Below, one piece after another: positions 46,536 through 55,872 of a DNA stretch of 64,000 bases. The stretch is from IMG/VR virus record IMGVR_UViG_3300047994_000374, positions 330,193 to 394,192 of that record; one strand, written 5' to 3'. How positions within the stretch are numbered: the stretch's first letter is position 1; each line of letters opens with the position of its first letter. A program made the position numbers and the translations under genes. The notes under the pieces are model-generated. The model saw only the letters and a program-made list of their open reading frames with translations, ran no database searches and was not told the DNA's origin.

Positions 46536-48042
46536 TATGTTCTTTAGATGATGTATAGTCACTGGGCAAATCTATTTTACTTACAAGATATAATTTATTT
46601 TTTGCCCTTGTGAAAGCCACATATTTTAGGTTAATTGCTTCTTCATTACCTCCGCCATAAGTGTCAATTAAAACAAAAACATTGTTTTGCTCTCGCCCTT
46701 TCATTTTATGTGTGCTTCCCCATAAAACAATTTTCTTTTCATCATTTTCTTTAAATAGATTTTTTATATTTTCGTTAATATCAGAAATTGATTTAGCCCC
46801 ATCACAAAGAATTCTTAAACATTCAGCTTTATCAGATATAGTTTCAGTTCCAGCCTTTGGATACTTGGCGATTAAATTTTTCTTTTCAGTTTCTTCCCAC
46901 TTTTCCAACCAATTTAAAAAAGCATCCACCGTCTTGCGCTTTGATTTCTTGATAAGATAAGCCAAATTATCACCTATATCTCTACCCAAAATATTTGAAG
47001 GAATGTTGTTTTTTAACATTAGCAAGCAACCTTTAATGAGCGGAGCATTCGCACGAGAAATAATATAATCTCCTGGTTTTGCTGTCTTCATTAAATCATT
47101 GAAATGTAAGTTGATAATTTCGCCATCAATAGCTCCATCATACATTTTAATATCTGGAACAAGTGTTTGCGCAAGATTAACTACTCTTTTTGGACATCGA
47201 TAGCAAATTGGAAGTGTCAAAACTTTCGGATTGAAACGTTTTATTAAGTTTGGAAAAACATTGCCATCTGCTCCGTTCCAGCCATAAATTGCCTGATTTG
47301 GATCGCCGACGCCAACTATTCTTCCATCCGATTTGCAAGCCGATATAGCAACCTCAAGCTGACAAGCCGACAAATCTTGAAGTTCGTCTATCATCACCAT
47401 ATCCATAGATGCAACTTTAAGTCCGTATACAACACAAAACCATACCATATCTGAGAAATCTATAATACTTGTATTTTCCTTACAAATTCTCAGGGCTTGA
47501 ATCACATATTTGATAAATTGTTCCGACGTTTCTTCACACAAATCAATATCATATTTGATAAGCAATTCATCTATTTTTGAAGGAACGTCGGTTAGAGTTG
47601 CTTTGCATAATTCAACTGCCTTACAAATGCTATTGATTAGATCGTAATTTGCACGTTCATCTTCAAAAAAGGCACTAACAATTTTCCAGCATTTCTTTTC
47701 ATCTAATTCTACTTGGCCAAATTTTTGTTTGATAGCTCTAAAGCCTAGTGAATGAATTGTGCTGCATTCAATTCGATCTGAAAGTTTATATCTAAGATCT
47801 TGTTGGATAGATTTATTGAAAGCACAAAATAAAACTTTCTTACCCTTCAAAACATATTTACTGCCCTCAACAAGTGAGGTAGATTTAGCCGATCCTGCAC
47901 GAGCAATAACCAATATATGTCCAGTCCCTTTAGAAATTTCTCGAAACAGATCTTTTTGAAATTCCGACCAATTATGTTTTACTGGTGGCTTTATAATGTA
48001 TGCGCTCTCTGGCTTTTTTGTTTTGGGAGGGAATTTTGACAT
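46522..48042 (-). CDS. UvrD/Rep-like SF1 helicase
   Basis: ARAGSAKST, AFNK, TIHS, IDELQD, VGDPNQAIYG, CYRCP, STHKMKGRE, YVAFTRAK. Confidence 0.92.
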   Translation of the reverse strand: MSKFPPKTKKPESAYIIKPPVKHNWSEFQKDLFREISKGTGHILVIARAGSAKSTSLVEGSKYVLKGKKVLFCAFNKSIQQDLRYKLSDRIECSTIHSLGFRAIKQKFGQVELDEKKCWKIVSAFFEDERANYDLINSICKAVELCKATLTDVPSKIDELLIKYDIDLCEETSEQFIKYVIQALRICKENTSIIDFSDMVWFCVVYGLKVASMDMVMIDELQDLSACQLEVAISACKSDGRIVGVGDPNQAIYGWNGADGNVFPNLIKRFNPKVLTLPICYRCPKRVVNLAQTLVPDIKMYDGAIDGEIINLHFNDLMKTAKPGDYIISRANAPLIKGCLLMLKNNIPSNILGRDIGDNLAYLIKKSKRKTVDAFLNWLEKWEETEKKNLIAKYPKAGTETISDKAECLRILCDGAKSISDINENIKNLFKENDEKKIVLWGSTHKMKGREQNNVFVLIDTYGGGNEEAINLKYVAFTRAKNKLYLVSKIDLPSDYTSSKEHISYA

Positions 48043-48046
48043 GATT

Positions 48047-48325
48047 TTATGAGAAGTTTAGAACTTTCTGTATTTTATTAATAACGCTTTTATCCGTAAA
48101 GTCAAGGTCAATGATAACATATCCGTCTGCCCTATCAAATCTAATATGCAATTTCTTCTCTGGAAAGACATAAGTCCAATGATCAGTCCAAGCAGAATAA
48201 ACTTCATCAGACTTTACAAAATATGTAAGACAATCTTTAAAACATTTTAATTTATATTCGTAAGCATAAAACCAACTCTTAATTAATTCTTTATCACAAA
48301 CAATGCAATGAGTAGGGATATTCAT
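48047..48325 (-). CDS. zinc-ribbon protein, C-terminal xFx family
   Basis: CIVC...C...C; ends IQKVLNFS. Confidence 0.72.
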   Translation of the reverse strand: MNIPTHCIVCDKELIKSWFYAYEYKLKCFKDCLTYFVKSDEVYSAWTDHWTYVFPEKKLHIRFDRADGYVIIDLDFTDKSVINKIQKVLNFS

Positions 48326-48624
48326 TAAAATACAACAATCGTTTTCAGTTTATTTAAAATATTTTTATTATCGATATCTAATTTAATTCTCAATGTATCA
48401 ACTCGTAATTCTACTCCACTCACTCGGCGCCAGGATAACAAATCATTCTCTAAATTATAATAGAAGTTAATTCCGTCAATTTTAAATCCCAAAGCATATA
48501 ATTCACCAGCAAAAAAATATTTAATACAATTACCGCAATCACAAACTCGACCAATTATCTCAACATTTATACTTGTCTCTTCATCTTTTGTAAAACCACT
48601 ATCACAGCTTGGACAGGTTTTCAT
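48325..48624 (-). CDS. zinc-ribbon protein, C-terminal-tail family
   Basis: CPSC...CDCGNC; ends LKTIVVF. Confidence 0.72.
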   Translation of the reverse strand: MKTCPSCDSGFTKDEETSINVEIIGRVCDCGNCIKYFFAGELYALGFKIDGINFYYNLENDLLSWRRVSGVELRVDTLRIKLDIDNKNILNKLKTIVVF

Positions 48625-49346
48625 GAGAAATTAATAATCAATTGAAGCTTTTGTTCCAATTTATTTCCACGAAGCTTTAAAATGCCAATAGGGTCTATGT
48701 CAATTTTAAAACATTGGGGCGAAAAATATTCAATAGTTTTTTCATCTAATCGAACTGTTGTCATTAAATTATACTCCGGATTAATAAATACGTGAGTAAT
48801 TTCGCCACCATGATTTAAAATAGCAACAAATAAATGATCTTGTAAATAATTACTCGCCTTCTTACTACATATATATTCTTGCCGCTCTTTATCTAATTTT
48901 AATTTAGATTTGCAAATAATACATCGATTATCAACCAACTCCATAAATTCATTTTCAGTCATAAGAATGCTTTTATACTCTGAAATTTTTTTTCTAAATT
49001 TTTTACAATCTTTAATAATTTGTGGAAGACTTGTTGATTTGAATAGGGTGTTTTTAATTTCTATCGAAGGCGTTTCTCTAAACATATCTTCAACGATAAT
49101 AGTAGGATCACCAAAAGTATAGTTCATCCATATGTGCTTGTCAAGATTATAAAATATTCGATAAGGAGGGTTTAATTTATTTTCATCTGTAGAAACGATA
49201 CAAAATCTATAATACTCTGCCTCATCCCCTAAACATTGATCTTTTCTTTTGCAATAAACTCCATATCGAGAATCGTCTTGTGAATATGTTATTTCCATTT
49301 GCGATTCACAAAATGGACATTTTACTTTCTCAACATCTGTAATCAT
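48621..49346 (-). CDS. two-domain zinc-ribbon protein, C-terminal xFx family
   Basis: CPFC and CIIC units in tandem; ends LQLIINFS. Confidence 0.75.
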   Translation of the reverse strand: MITDVEKVKCPFCESQMEITYSQDDSRYGVYCKRKDQCLGDEAEYYRFCIVSTDENKLNPPYRIFYNLDKHIWMNYTFGDPTIIVEDMFRETPSIEIKNTLFKSTSLPQIIKDCKKFRKKISEYKSILMTENEFMELVDNRCIICKSKLKLDKERQEYICSKKASNYLQDHLFVAILNHGGEITHVFINPEYNLMTTVRLDEKTIEYFSPQCFKIDIDPIGILKLRGNKLEQKLQLIINFS

Positions 49347-49726
49347 ATAAAAGCCTTTAAATTATTTACTTTATCAATTAATTTTTTACATAAAGCAATG
49401 ATACTTTCGACATCATAAACAATTTCTCCAATATCTTTTGGAAAAGAATAATCTTCAGAAATTGGTATAATTCGATTGGTATTTGTTTTAGTAAAAGACT
49501 TTAAAACAAACGTCCTACTATTAAGTGAAACGACAAGCCACACATCTGTTTCAATATAATAATTTACTTTAATTTCATCATCATAATTATTCGGACAAAA
49601 GATACAAAAACGGTAATAACCAGACCTAGTGCATCCGTCACCGCACATATAAGAAGTTCTACTTGAGTTAGCAATGAATTCATGATTACAAAATGGACAC
49701 CGCGCGTTTTTCGTATTCGATATCAT
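49343..49726 (-). CDS. zinc-ribbon protein, C-terminal KAFx family
   Basis: CPFC, YYRFCI shared with 48621; ends VNNLKAFI. Confidence 0.75.
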   Translation of the reverse strand: MISNTKNARCPFCNHEFIANSSRTSYMCGDGCTRSGYYRFCIFCPNNYDDEIKVNYYIETDVWLVVSLNSRTFVLKSFTKTNTNRIIPISEDYSFPKDIGEIVYDVESIIALCKKLIDKVNNLKAFI

Positions 49727-50034
49727 AGAAAAGCTTTCATTTTTTTAATTCTACGTAGTTTATTTATGATATCTTTGTCAGTAAAATCAAGCCCGGCGAT
49801 TTCAAAACTATAGTAGTAATCACCACGTTCGATCATAATAGATAGAAGTCCTCTACTATAACTAAATCGATCATTATCAACATATAAGACTGAAGTGTAA
49901 ATAGAATTGTCTTTAATGAAAATTCTAAATGACGAATGTTGAAAATTTACACATTTTATATGGTAGAACTGACTTTCCGGGTACTCTTCTTTCTTAACCA
50001 TATTACCAAAACAAACTTTACAAATCATATCCAT
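49723..50034 (-). CDS. zinc-ribbon protein, C-terminal KAFL family
   Basis: CKVC; ends IKKMKAFL. Confidence 0.75.
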   Translation of the reverse strand: MDMICKVCFGNMVKKEEYPESQFYHIKCVNFQHSSFRIFIKDNSIYTSVLYVDNDRFSYSRGLLSIMIERGDYYYSFEIAGLDFTDKDIINKLRRIKKMKAFL

Positions 50035-50035
50035 T

Positions 50036-50374
50036 TTAGAGAAGTCCTTGTAATTTTGACATTCGGATTAAAAATTTATCTACTTTTTTCATCATATCTT
50101 GCGCTGGTATATTAAATTTTTTGTTTCCAGGATTAAAAAGATCGTCGAGAAAATTAAGTTGATAGTAGAACCGCACGCGATCTGCTATATTTGTTTCCCG
50201 GTCCGCATAAATAATAATTAATCCTTGACCTTTTGATGTATTTAAGTTGTTAAAATCTATATCAATACTCCATTGGTATAATTCGGCCCGCGTCCATGTT
50301 ATTATGTCTGGACCATTTGTTATACAAGACCAATCATTAAGCAAAATGTTTTGATTAAATTTTATTCTTGCCAT
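50036..50374 (-). CDS. hypothetical protein
   Basis: 112-aa ORF in the array; ends MSKLQGLL. Confidence 0.7.
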   Translation of the reverse strand: MARIKFNQNILLNDWSCITNGPDIITWTRAELYQWSIDIDFNNLNTSKGQGLIIIYADRETNIADRVRFYYQLNFLDDLFNPGNKKFNIPAQDMMKKVDKFLIRMSKLQGLL

Positions 50375-50375
50375 T

Positions 50376-50774
50376 TTAAGTAAAAACTTCTATTTTCTTA
50401 TATCGCTTGTATATTTCTTTGCACGCCTCAACCATTTGGCATAGTGTATTTAATTTTCCGTTGTATTTCGAAGATAAAGTTCCGGAAAGTAACGGTTCAT
50501 ATATATCTTTCCAAATTACAAATTTTTTGCCCTTTAAAAAACAAAATGTTTTATCACCTACATAATATTGCAATCCGTCTTCAGTCAGACAACAATTGTA
50601 ATAAGTACCCGATACACAAGATGGATTATCTTTCTCGGACCAACCATTAGAGCTTTCACAATAATATGCACCCCTTTCTTTATTAAATTTAAAGGGAGAG
50701 CCTCAAAATGGACAGTCTTCATTTTTAATAATGTTGTCCCACTTTATTCTATCAGCTTTTGTTATTTTATTCAT
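50376..50774 (-). pseudogene. zinc-ribbon family gene with in-frame TGA at codon 24 (CPF*); nonsense allele or recoded
   Basis: ATG 50774, 23 codons to TGA at 50705-50703, then the frame continues into the 50376..50573 ORF; 132 aa ending KKIEVFT. Confidence 0.65.
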
Positions 50775-50913
50775 GATTTATTGGCGACATTGTAGAAATT
50801 TAATTATAATCATTTCTTTTCGCGTCGGCAAATGGGAAAATCTATCCTTTAATTTGTATATCTATGTAAGTATGGCAAGTGAAAGGGAAGAAACATTTTT
50901 TTAGGAGACCTTC

Positions 50914-50988
50914 ATGACATACATTCAACCAACTTGGTTTATAGACCCAGTTTCAGGAAGCGATACGGCGTCCGGATTAGACTCATGA
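50914..50988 (+). pseudogene. 24-aa gene remnant (MTYIQPTWFIDPVSGSDTASGLDS)
   Basis: Strong AGGAGA SD; W/Y-x-I-D-P-x-x-G-S-D-x-x-x-G resembles the N-terminal motif of beta-helix/tail-fibre-type proteins, but the ORF stops immediately. Confidence 0.45.
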
Positions 50989-50998
50989 GGCGTTCTGT

Positions 50999-52126
50999 TT
51001 ATTTGACACCATATAATATTTTGAAATCTTGCTCCCAAATAGTAATTAAATTATAACCTTTTGAAATTAAAAATCTTTCTTTTTCAACAGTTTTTTGATA
51101 AAGTTCGCCATATGTTTTTTTAATTACTGGGTGAATTGCATCTAGATCGAATACTCTTGGATTCCCATGCCAATAATCACCATAAAATTCATATATAGTG
51201 TTAGTGGTCGTATCAAATGCATCGGGTTTAAAAATCCTTTTTTCAATTTTTAAAGTTTTATTTCTAAATTCTACTGGTATTTCAATAAAATTAAGCCATT
51301 GTGTTTCAAGTTTTGAAATAATTCCAACACATTTTTTGCACCCATTTCCAAGCAAATGATTATAAGGTATTTGTAAAAATTCACCATGCTTTGGGCAGGT
51401 AATTATTATATTAGTATCAGCATTATGCCATATTACTTTTGAATAGTCATATTTATTATCATGAATTATTTTGGCCTTTTTAGCAAAATCTATAGCATTT
51501 GATCTTTTAGAATTATTTGATGCTATGTGTCCACAAGTTGGACATCCTTGTCCAGCTAAATGTGCTGATGGCGACTGTAGAAATTCATTATGAATTCGAC
51601 ATATTATTATAGTTGGAGTTGTGGCGTTTATATAATTAAATTTAGAGTAATCAAATTTATTTCCATGAATATTTTTTATTTTGCCAAAAAATTCTTTTGC
51701 TGCCTCGTTTATTTTTGATAAAGAGAAATTTATTTTAGTGCAAGCAGGGCAATATCTTCCATTGAGATGCTCAGAGGGCATCTGAGCAAATGGTCCGTGG
51801 CTTTTACATATTATGGTTATTTTAGTATGATTATTAACGTAATCAACGCAAGAGTAATTATATATATTACCATGAATTTTTCTAGATTTTTTAATAAAAG
51901 TTTTATTAGTAAATTTCAATTTTGATGAGACTTTTAAAGTACCACATTTTGGACATCCCGCTCCCCTTATATGTGATGGACAAGTTTGCACGAAATCGCC
52001 GTGTTTTTTACATGTAATTATTACTTTTGCCTCATATTTTACATATATGACTTTATCGTAATTATATTTATTTTTATGAGTTTCTTTAAATTTTAAAATT
52101 ATGGTTTGTTGATTATATTTACCCAT
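50999..52126 (-). CDS. homing endonuclease: DUF723-like zinc repeats plus C-terminal PD-(D/E)xK/Vsr-like nuclease
   Basis: Four repeats of H..KY.YS...Y......I.C..HG.F.Q.P..H..G.GCP.C; PDAF...YEFYGDYWHG...IWE. Confidence 0.85.
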   Translation of the reverse strand: MGKYNQQTIILKFKETHKNKYNYDKVIYVKYEAKVIITCKKHGDFVQTCPSHIRGAGCPKCGTLKVSSKLKFTNKTFIKKSRKIHGNIYNYSCVDYVNNHTKITIICKSHGPFAQMPSEHLNGRYCPACTKINFSLSKINEAAKEFFGKIKNIHGNKFDYSKFNYINATTPTIIICRIHNEFLQSPSAHLAGQGCPTCGHIASNNSKRSNAIDFAKKAKIIHDNKYDYSKVIWHNADTNIIITCPKHGEFLQIPYNHLLGNGCKKCVGIISKLETQWLNFIEIPVEFRNKTLKIEKRIFKPDAFDTTTNTIYEFYGDYWHGNPRVFDLDAIHPVIKKTYGELYQKTVEKERFLISKGYNLITIWEQDFKILYGVK

Positions 52127-53507
52127 AAATCCTACTTTGTATTGTTTTAAAATCTTCTTCAATTAATAATTCGCCATTTTCCCAAACCGTTTTCATGACG
52201 GTATCAGTTTGAAATTCATTGACGGTTTTATATTTTCCATCACGACATACCAAATCTAATAAACCTCGCTTAGATCGTTTACCACTATCCGTAATAGGAT
52301 CTTTAAATACTGGATGCTCTTTTCCATCTACCATGATAGAGCTTGCCTTAAACGCAAATTTTTGAGTATCTCTATTCATTGTATTCATAGTGGAACCCTG
52401 TAAACTTGCCCCGCCCATTCCGAAAGTTATATTCGAAATGCTGAAGCCTAACCCTTTGACTAATTCTAATAGTTGTGCAATAGATGTAGGATTAACACCA
52501 TCTCCTTGTAAAATTCTCACGTTATTCAATACTTTATATCCTTTAGTATTAATCATTGTTCCAAATTTATCAGCTAAAATATTTAAACATTTCGGAATAA
52601 CTTCATGAGGATCTCCACTGTCCAATCTAACAACGAGAGTGGCTCCAGAGTTAATAACTTCTTCTTTTAGTTCAGTGCCCCACATTTCACACGCTTTATA
52701 AATATTAAAACTATCTGAAACGCACGCAAATAGTTTTCCCGGCTTTCCAAATAGCTTAATCATATTTCTATAAGCATCTAATTCATGCTCTTGACCCCAT
52801 GAACAAATGGTTGAATGTTCGCTCGCATTTGCACTTACTCCAATGCCAGTTTTAATATCAGCATTGTAATAATCCCTGGCACATAAAAGCCCTACAATCG
52901 TATCGGTTCCGGCAAAGGAAGTAAGTTCAGCAGCTCCTCCCAGAGCAGCTGTTTCTTCCGTAGAGCTTCCTCTTGCTCCAAATGACAATAGTTTATATGG
53001 AATTTCTGCATCAGGATCGTCAGCCGTTTCAACTAAACTTTTATAAATTAGCTGACGTAAATAATAAGATTGAGTCGCCACCGTCGAACTGTACCAAACT
53101 TTTAAGAGCAAAGTTTCCATCCAATTAACAACCCAAAATACTTTAGGGTCAGTACTCTCCAAAGACATAAGGATATTGGAATTTGGGATTCGTAGCCCTT
53201 CTGGAACAGCTCTAATACGAAGCGGCAATTTACCTTTTAATTGGGTGGCAATATACATCCACCCATCATAATTAAAATCAACACCCATTGCAGCAAAAAC
53301 TTCTTTTGCCTCTTCAACATCTTCAACAGTAACAGTTCCAGATAAAAATTCTTTAAGATAATATTGAAGTCCAAAGAAAACAGTTTCTGGGTAAATTCCT
53401 CCGCGACTTTCAATATAACTAAAAAGCTTTTCTGCGTTTTCACAATATTGAAATGCCTGTGAACCTTTATATGCGTCCGTTTTTAAAATTAAATTTTTGT
53501 TTTTCAT
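52119..53507 (-). CDS. nadV: nicotinamide phosphoribosyltransferase (NAMPT)
   Basis: TDAYK, FFGLQY, ET.LL..WY..TVAT, FGARG, SEHS, VSDS, RLDSGDP, QGDG, FGMGG, RDTQKFAFK; start at MKNKNL (AAGGAA SD). Confidence 0.95.
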   Translation of the reverse strand: MKNKNLILKTDAYKGSQAFQYCENAEKLFSYIESRGGIYPETVFFGLQYYLKEFLSGTVTVEDVEEAKEVFAAMGVDFNYDGWMYIATQLKGKLPLRIRAVPEGLRIPNSNILMSLESTDPKVFWVVNWMETLLLKVWYSSTVATQSYYLRQLIYKSLVETADDPDAEIPYKLLSFGARGSSTEETAALGGAAELTSFAGTDTIVGLLCARDYYNADIKTGIGVSANASEHSTICSWGQEHELDAYRNMIKLFGKPGKLFACVSDSFNIYKACEMWGTELKEEVINSGATLVVRLDSGDPHEVIPKCLNILADKFGTMINTKGYKVLNNVRILQGDGVNPTSIAQLLELVKGLGFSISNITFGMGGASLQGSTMNTMNRDTQKFAFKASSIMVDGKEHPVFKDPITDSGKRSKRGLLDLVCRDGKYKTVNEFQTDTVMKTVWENGELLIEEDFKTIQSRIYG

Positions 53508-53517
53508 TTTATTTTCC

Positions 53518-54531
53518 TTATCGCTTTGAAACCATATGTGATACGACATGAAAATGATCTTCAAAAAACTGATCTTCCATGGTATAGACATCACTTAGTG
53601 GGTACCAATGCGCCGCTCTGGCATCGTCGCCACCAGCTACTTTAGGAAGTGCACCAGCTCCCAGGTCAATTAAAAATGTAGTACTCAGCACACGGCCCCT
53701 AGCGCTGCGATTTGGGTCATCAAAAACTTGTCTATCCACAATAGCTCGCTTCAACTCTGGAGTATTGATTTTAATGCCCGTTTCTTCTTTCAATTCTCTT
53801 AGTGCCGCATCAACCAATGTTTCTTTTGGATTAACGAAACCACCAGGCATTGCGAGAAGCCCAATGCCATAATTTCTTCCGCGTTCGACCAACAGCACAT
53901 GTCCAGACTTAATAACGATACAGTCTACAGTCATATGGATTACCGGAAATGGACTTCCCAACCAACTTGCTTTATACTGATCAATATAGTCTTTTTCTTC
54001 CTTGATTGCTTTAAACTCTTTGGTTGATTTAAAGTTTTCAAGAAAAGTCACAACACATTCTGGAACTAATTTCTTATAAGCATTATCATGAGAGAAATAA
54101 TAATCTCTAATATGACTTGCATGAAGATCGAAGTGAGTTTTAAATGGCACAAACTTAAATTGAGGAAACAGTTTGAGATAGAAAGATGTTTCATCACTTT
54201 CGTATCCAATCAATGCCGTATTTTCATTATCGTCCGTGATGTTTCGAATTTTTTCTTGAAGAATTGAAATCCAAGTATTATCATTATAGAGATAATCTTT
54301 CATATGGATAAACTTAATTCGATTCAAATCTTCAGGTTCAAAACATCCCGAGATCATTTCTTGCCGCTCTTGACTGGTCCATGGATTTCGAGTGGAACGA
54401 GCACATCCGCTTGATCCAATGACTACAATAACATCCTTAGAAATACGAAGGGCTTCCTTAATAATAGAGTAATGAGCTTGATGGAAAATGCTGAATCTTC
54501 CAATAAAAACGCAATGATCGTAGGTATACAT
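53518..54531 (-). CDS. nadM: bifunctional NMN adenylyltransferase/Nudix hydrolase (NadM-Nudix/NatV type)
   Basis: FIGRF..FH.AH, IGSS...RNPW; Nudix box PGG.V...E....AALRELKEETG; FEDH. Confidence 0.93.
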   Translation of the reverse strand: MYTYDHCVFIGRFSIFHQAHYSIIKEALRISKDVIVVIGSSGCARSTRNPWTSQERQEMISGCFEPEDLNRIKFIHMKDYLYNDNTWISILQEKIRNITDDNENTALIGYESDETSFYLKLFPQFKFVPFKTHFDLHASHIRDYYFSHDNAYKKLVPECVVTFLENFKSTKEFKAIKEEKDYIDQYKASWLGSPFPVIHMTVDCIVIKSGHVLLVERGRNYGIGLLAMPGGFVNPKETLVDAALRELKEETGIKINTPELKRAIVDRQVFDDPNRSARGRVLSTTFLIDLGAGALPKVAGGDDARAAHWYPLSDVYTMEDQFFEDHFHVVSHMVSKR

Positions 54532-54595
54532 TTGTAATTCCTTTATGTTTTTGGATGCAGTAACGTCTCCTCAGTGGAAACTTGCATCTAATTGT

Positions 54596-54624
54596 AATAT
54601 AATACTATGCCCATAGACTGTCAA
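54596..54624 (-). promoter_or_regulatory. sigma70-like promoter of the NAD salvage operon
   Basis: TTGACA-N17-TATATT upstream of nadM. Confidence 0.6.
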
Positions 54625-54628
54625 TAGC

Positions 54629-54949
54629 TCACTTCATTTTCCTCAAATAATCTTTCCAACAATCCCAAGCCGCCTCTTCTGAGCAATGATATGAAACTTC
54701 AAGTTTAAGCCCCTCTTCTTTGTTCACAAAAGCTATCCAAGTTTCACTTACCCAAACAAAATTACCATCTTTGTTTTTTCGATCATATGGTCCAAGCTTA
54801 TCTATATGGCACTGTACGATATCGATCTGTTTTGCGTTTAAGGCATCTCGTTCTTCTTTATATTGTTTTGAGTATTTGCCTTTGACATCGGTCTGATCAT
54901 TCTTTTTCAGGACATTGTAGATTGGCGTAGTTGTGTTTTCGTTAATCAT
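54629..54949 (-). CDS. hypothetical protein
   Basis: 106-aa ORF, TAATG-coupled. Confidence 0.7.
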   Translation of the reverse strand: MINENTTTPIYNVLKKNDQTDVKGKYSKQYKEERDALNAKQIDIVQCHIDKLGPYDRKNKDGNFVWVSETWIAFVNKEEGLKLEVSYHCSEEAAWDCWKDYLRKMK

Positions 54950-55872
54950 TAGAAGTCTCCAGATGCCCCACCACCCCCAAAAGATCCTCCGCCAAAGTCA
55001 CTGCCCCCGCCCCAATCAGAGCTACCACTGCTGCTTGAACTATCACTATCATCACTACTATCATTATAACTAATAGGGCTGGTTGTGATAGAAGTATATG
55101 TATAAGTTGAGGCATTATTGGCAGTTGATTTCTTTGTTTTTACTGGCGCATACATTGTTGTTGATGATCCGATTGCTGGAACCACATAAGACGAAGTTGA
55201 ATGAGTAAATACTGGCTCTCGCTCTTTCCAGCCCCTATCACGCAACAAATTAGAAGTTTTTTCTTGTGATCGCCTAATGAAATAAATCAGAGCTACCCAT
55301 GCTAAAATGAAAATTAATAATACGGGAACAAAGACCATAAAAAATGTGTTATCTGAAGTTTTACTTACAGCAGGCTCAGCTTTATGAGAAACAATCGCAG
55401 CATCAATCGCGTCAAAAGTAGCTCCTAATCCGCCCTCTACATCGTGATCTTTCAAATGAGGCTTGAGTGTGTTTTGGAGAATTTGTCTCGCCATAAGGTC
55501 AGGCAAGTCCCCTTCCACGCCCTTACCCACTTCAATGCGAGTCTTATGCTCCTTCATTGCAATAATCACAAGAACGCCATTATCTGTGCCCTTCTTACCC
55601 ACTCCCCAAGCTCTTGCCGTAGCGAAACCAACATCACTAATTTCCTCGCCATCCAATGAAGGAACAATTAGGGCAGCATATTCATTGTCTGTCTTTGCGT
55701 TGATATCTTTTAACTTTGCGTCCAACCGTTCATGAGCATCCGCAGTTAAAACGCCTGATGCATCTGAAATGGCGCTCAAAGGCTTAGGAGATGGTGGTAC
55801 AGTCCAGGCGAAAGCGCTGATTGAAAATAAAATACCAATGAGACCAATACTAAAAGTAATTAACTTACTCAT
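54949..55872 (-). CDS. TPM-domain (YgcG/DUF477) membrane protein
   Basis: Signal peptide, D..GVL, WGVG.KG.DNGVL, RIEVG.G.EG.LPD, TM helix, Ser/Gly tail GGGSFGGGGASGDF. Confidence 0.9.
   Translation of the reverse strand: MSKLITFSIGLIGILFSISAFAWTVPPSPKPLSAISDASGVLTADAHERLDAKLKDINAKTDNEYAALIVPSLDGEEISDVGFATARAWGVGKKGTDNGVLVIIAMKEHKTRIEVGKGVEGDLPDLMARQILQNTLKPHLKDHDVEGGLGATFDAIDAAIVSHKAEPAVSKTSDNTFFMVFVPVLLIFILAWVALIYFIRRSQEKTSNLLRDRGWKEREPVFTHSTSSYVVPAIGSSTTMYAPVKTKKSTANNASTYTYTSITTSPISYNDSSDDSDSSSSSGSSDWGGGSDFGGGSFGGGGASGDF

Noticed and set aside
53508-53594. 29-aa N-terminal extension of NAMPT
   Set aside because: It overlaps nadM in another frame; the SD and NAMPT motifs point to the ATG at 53507
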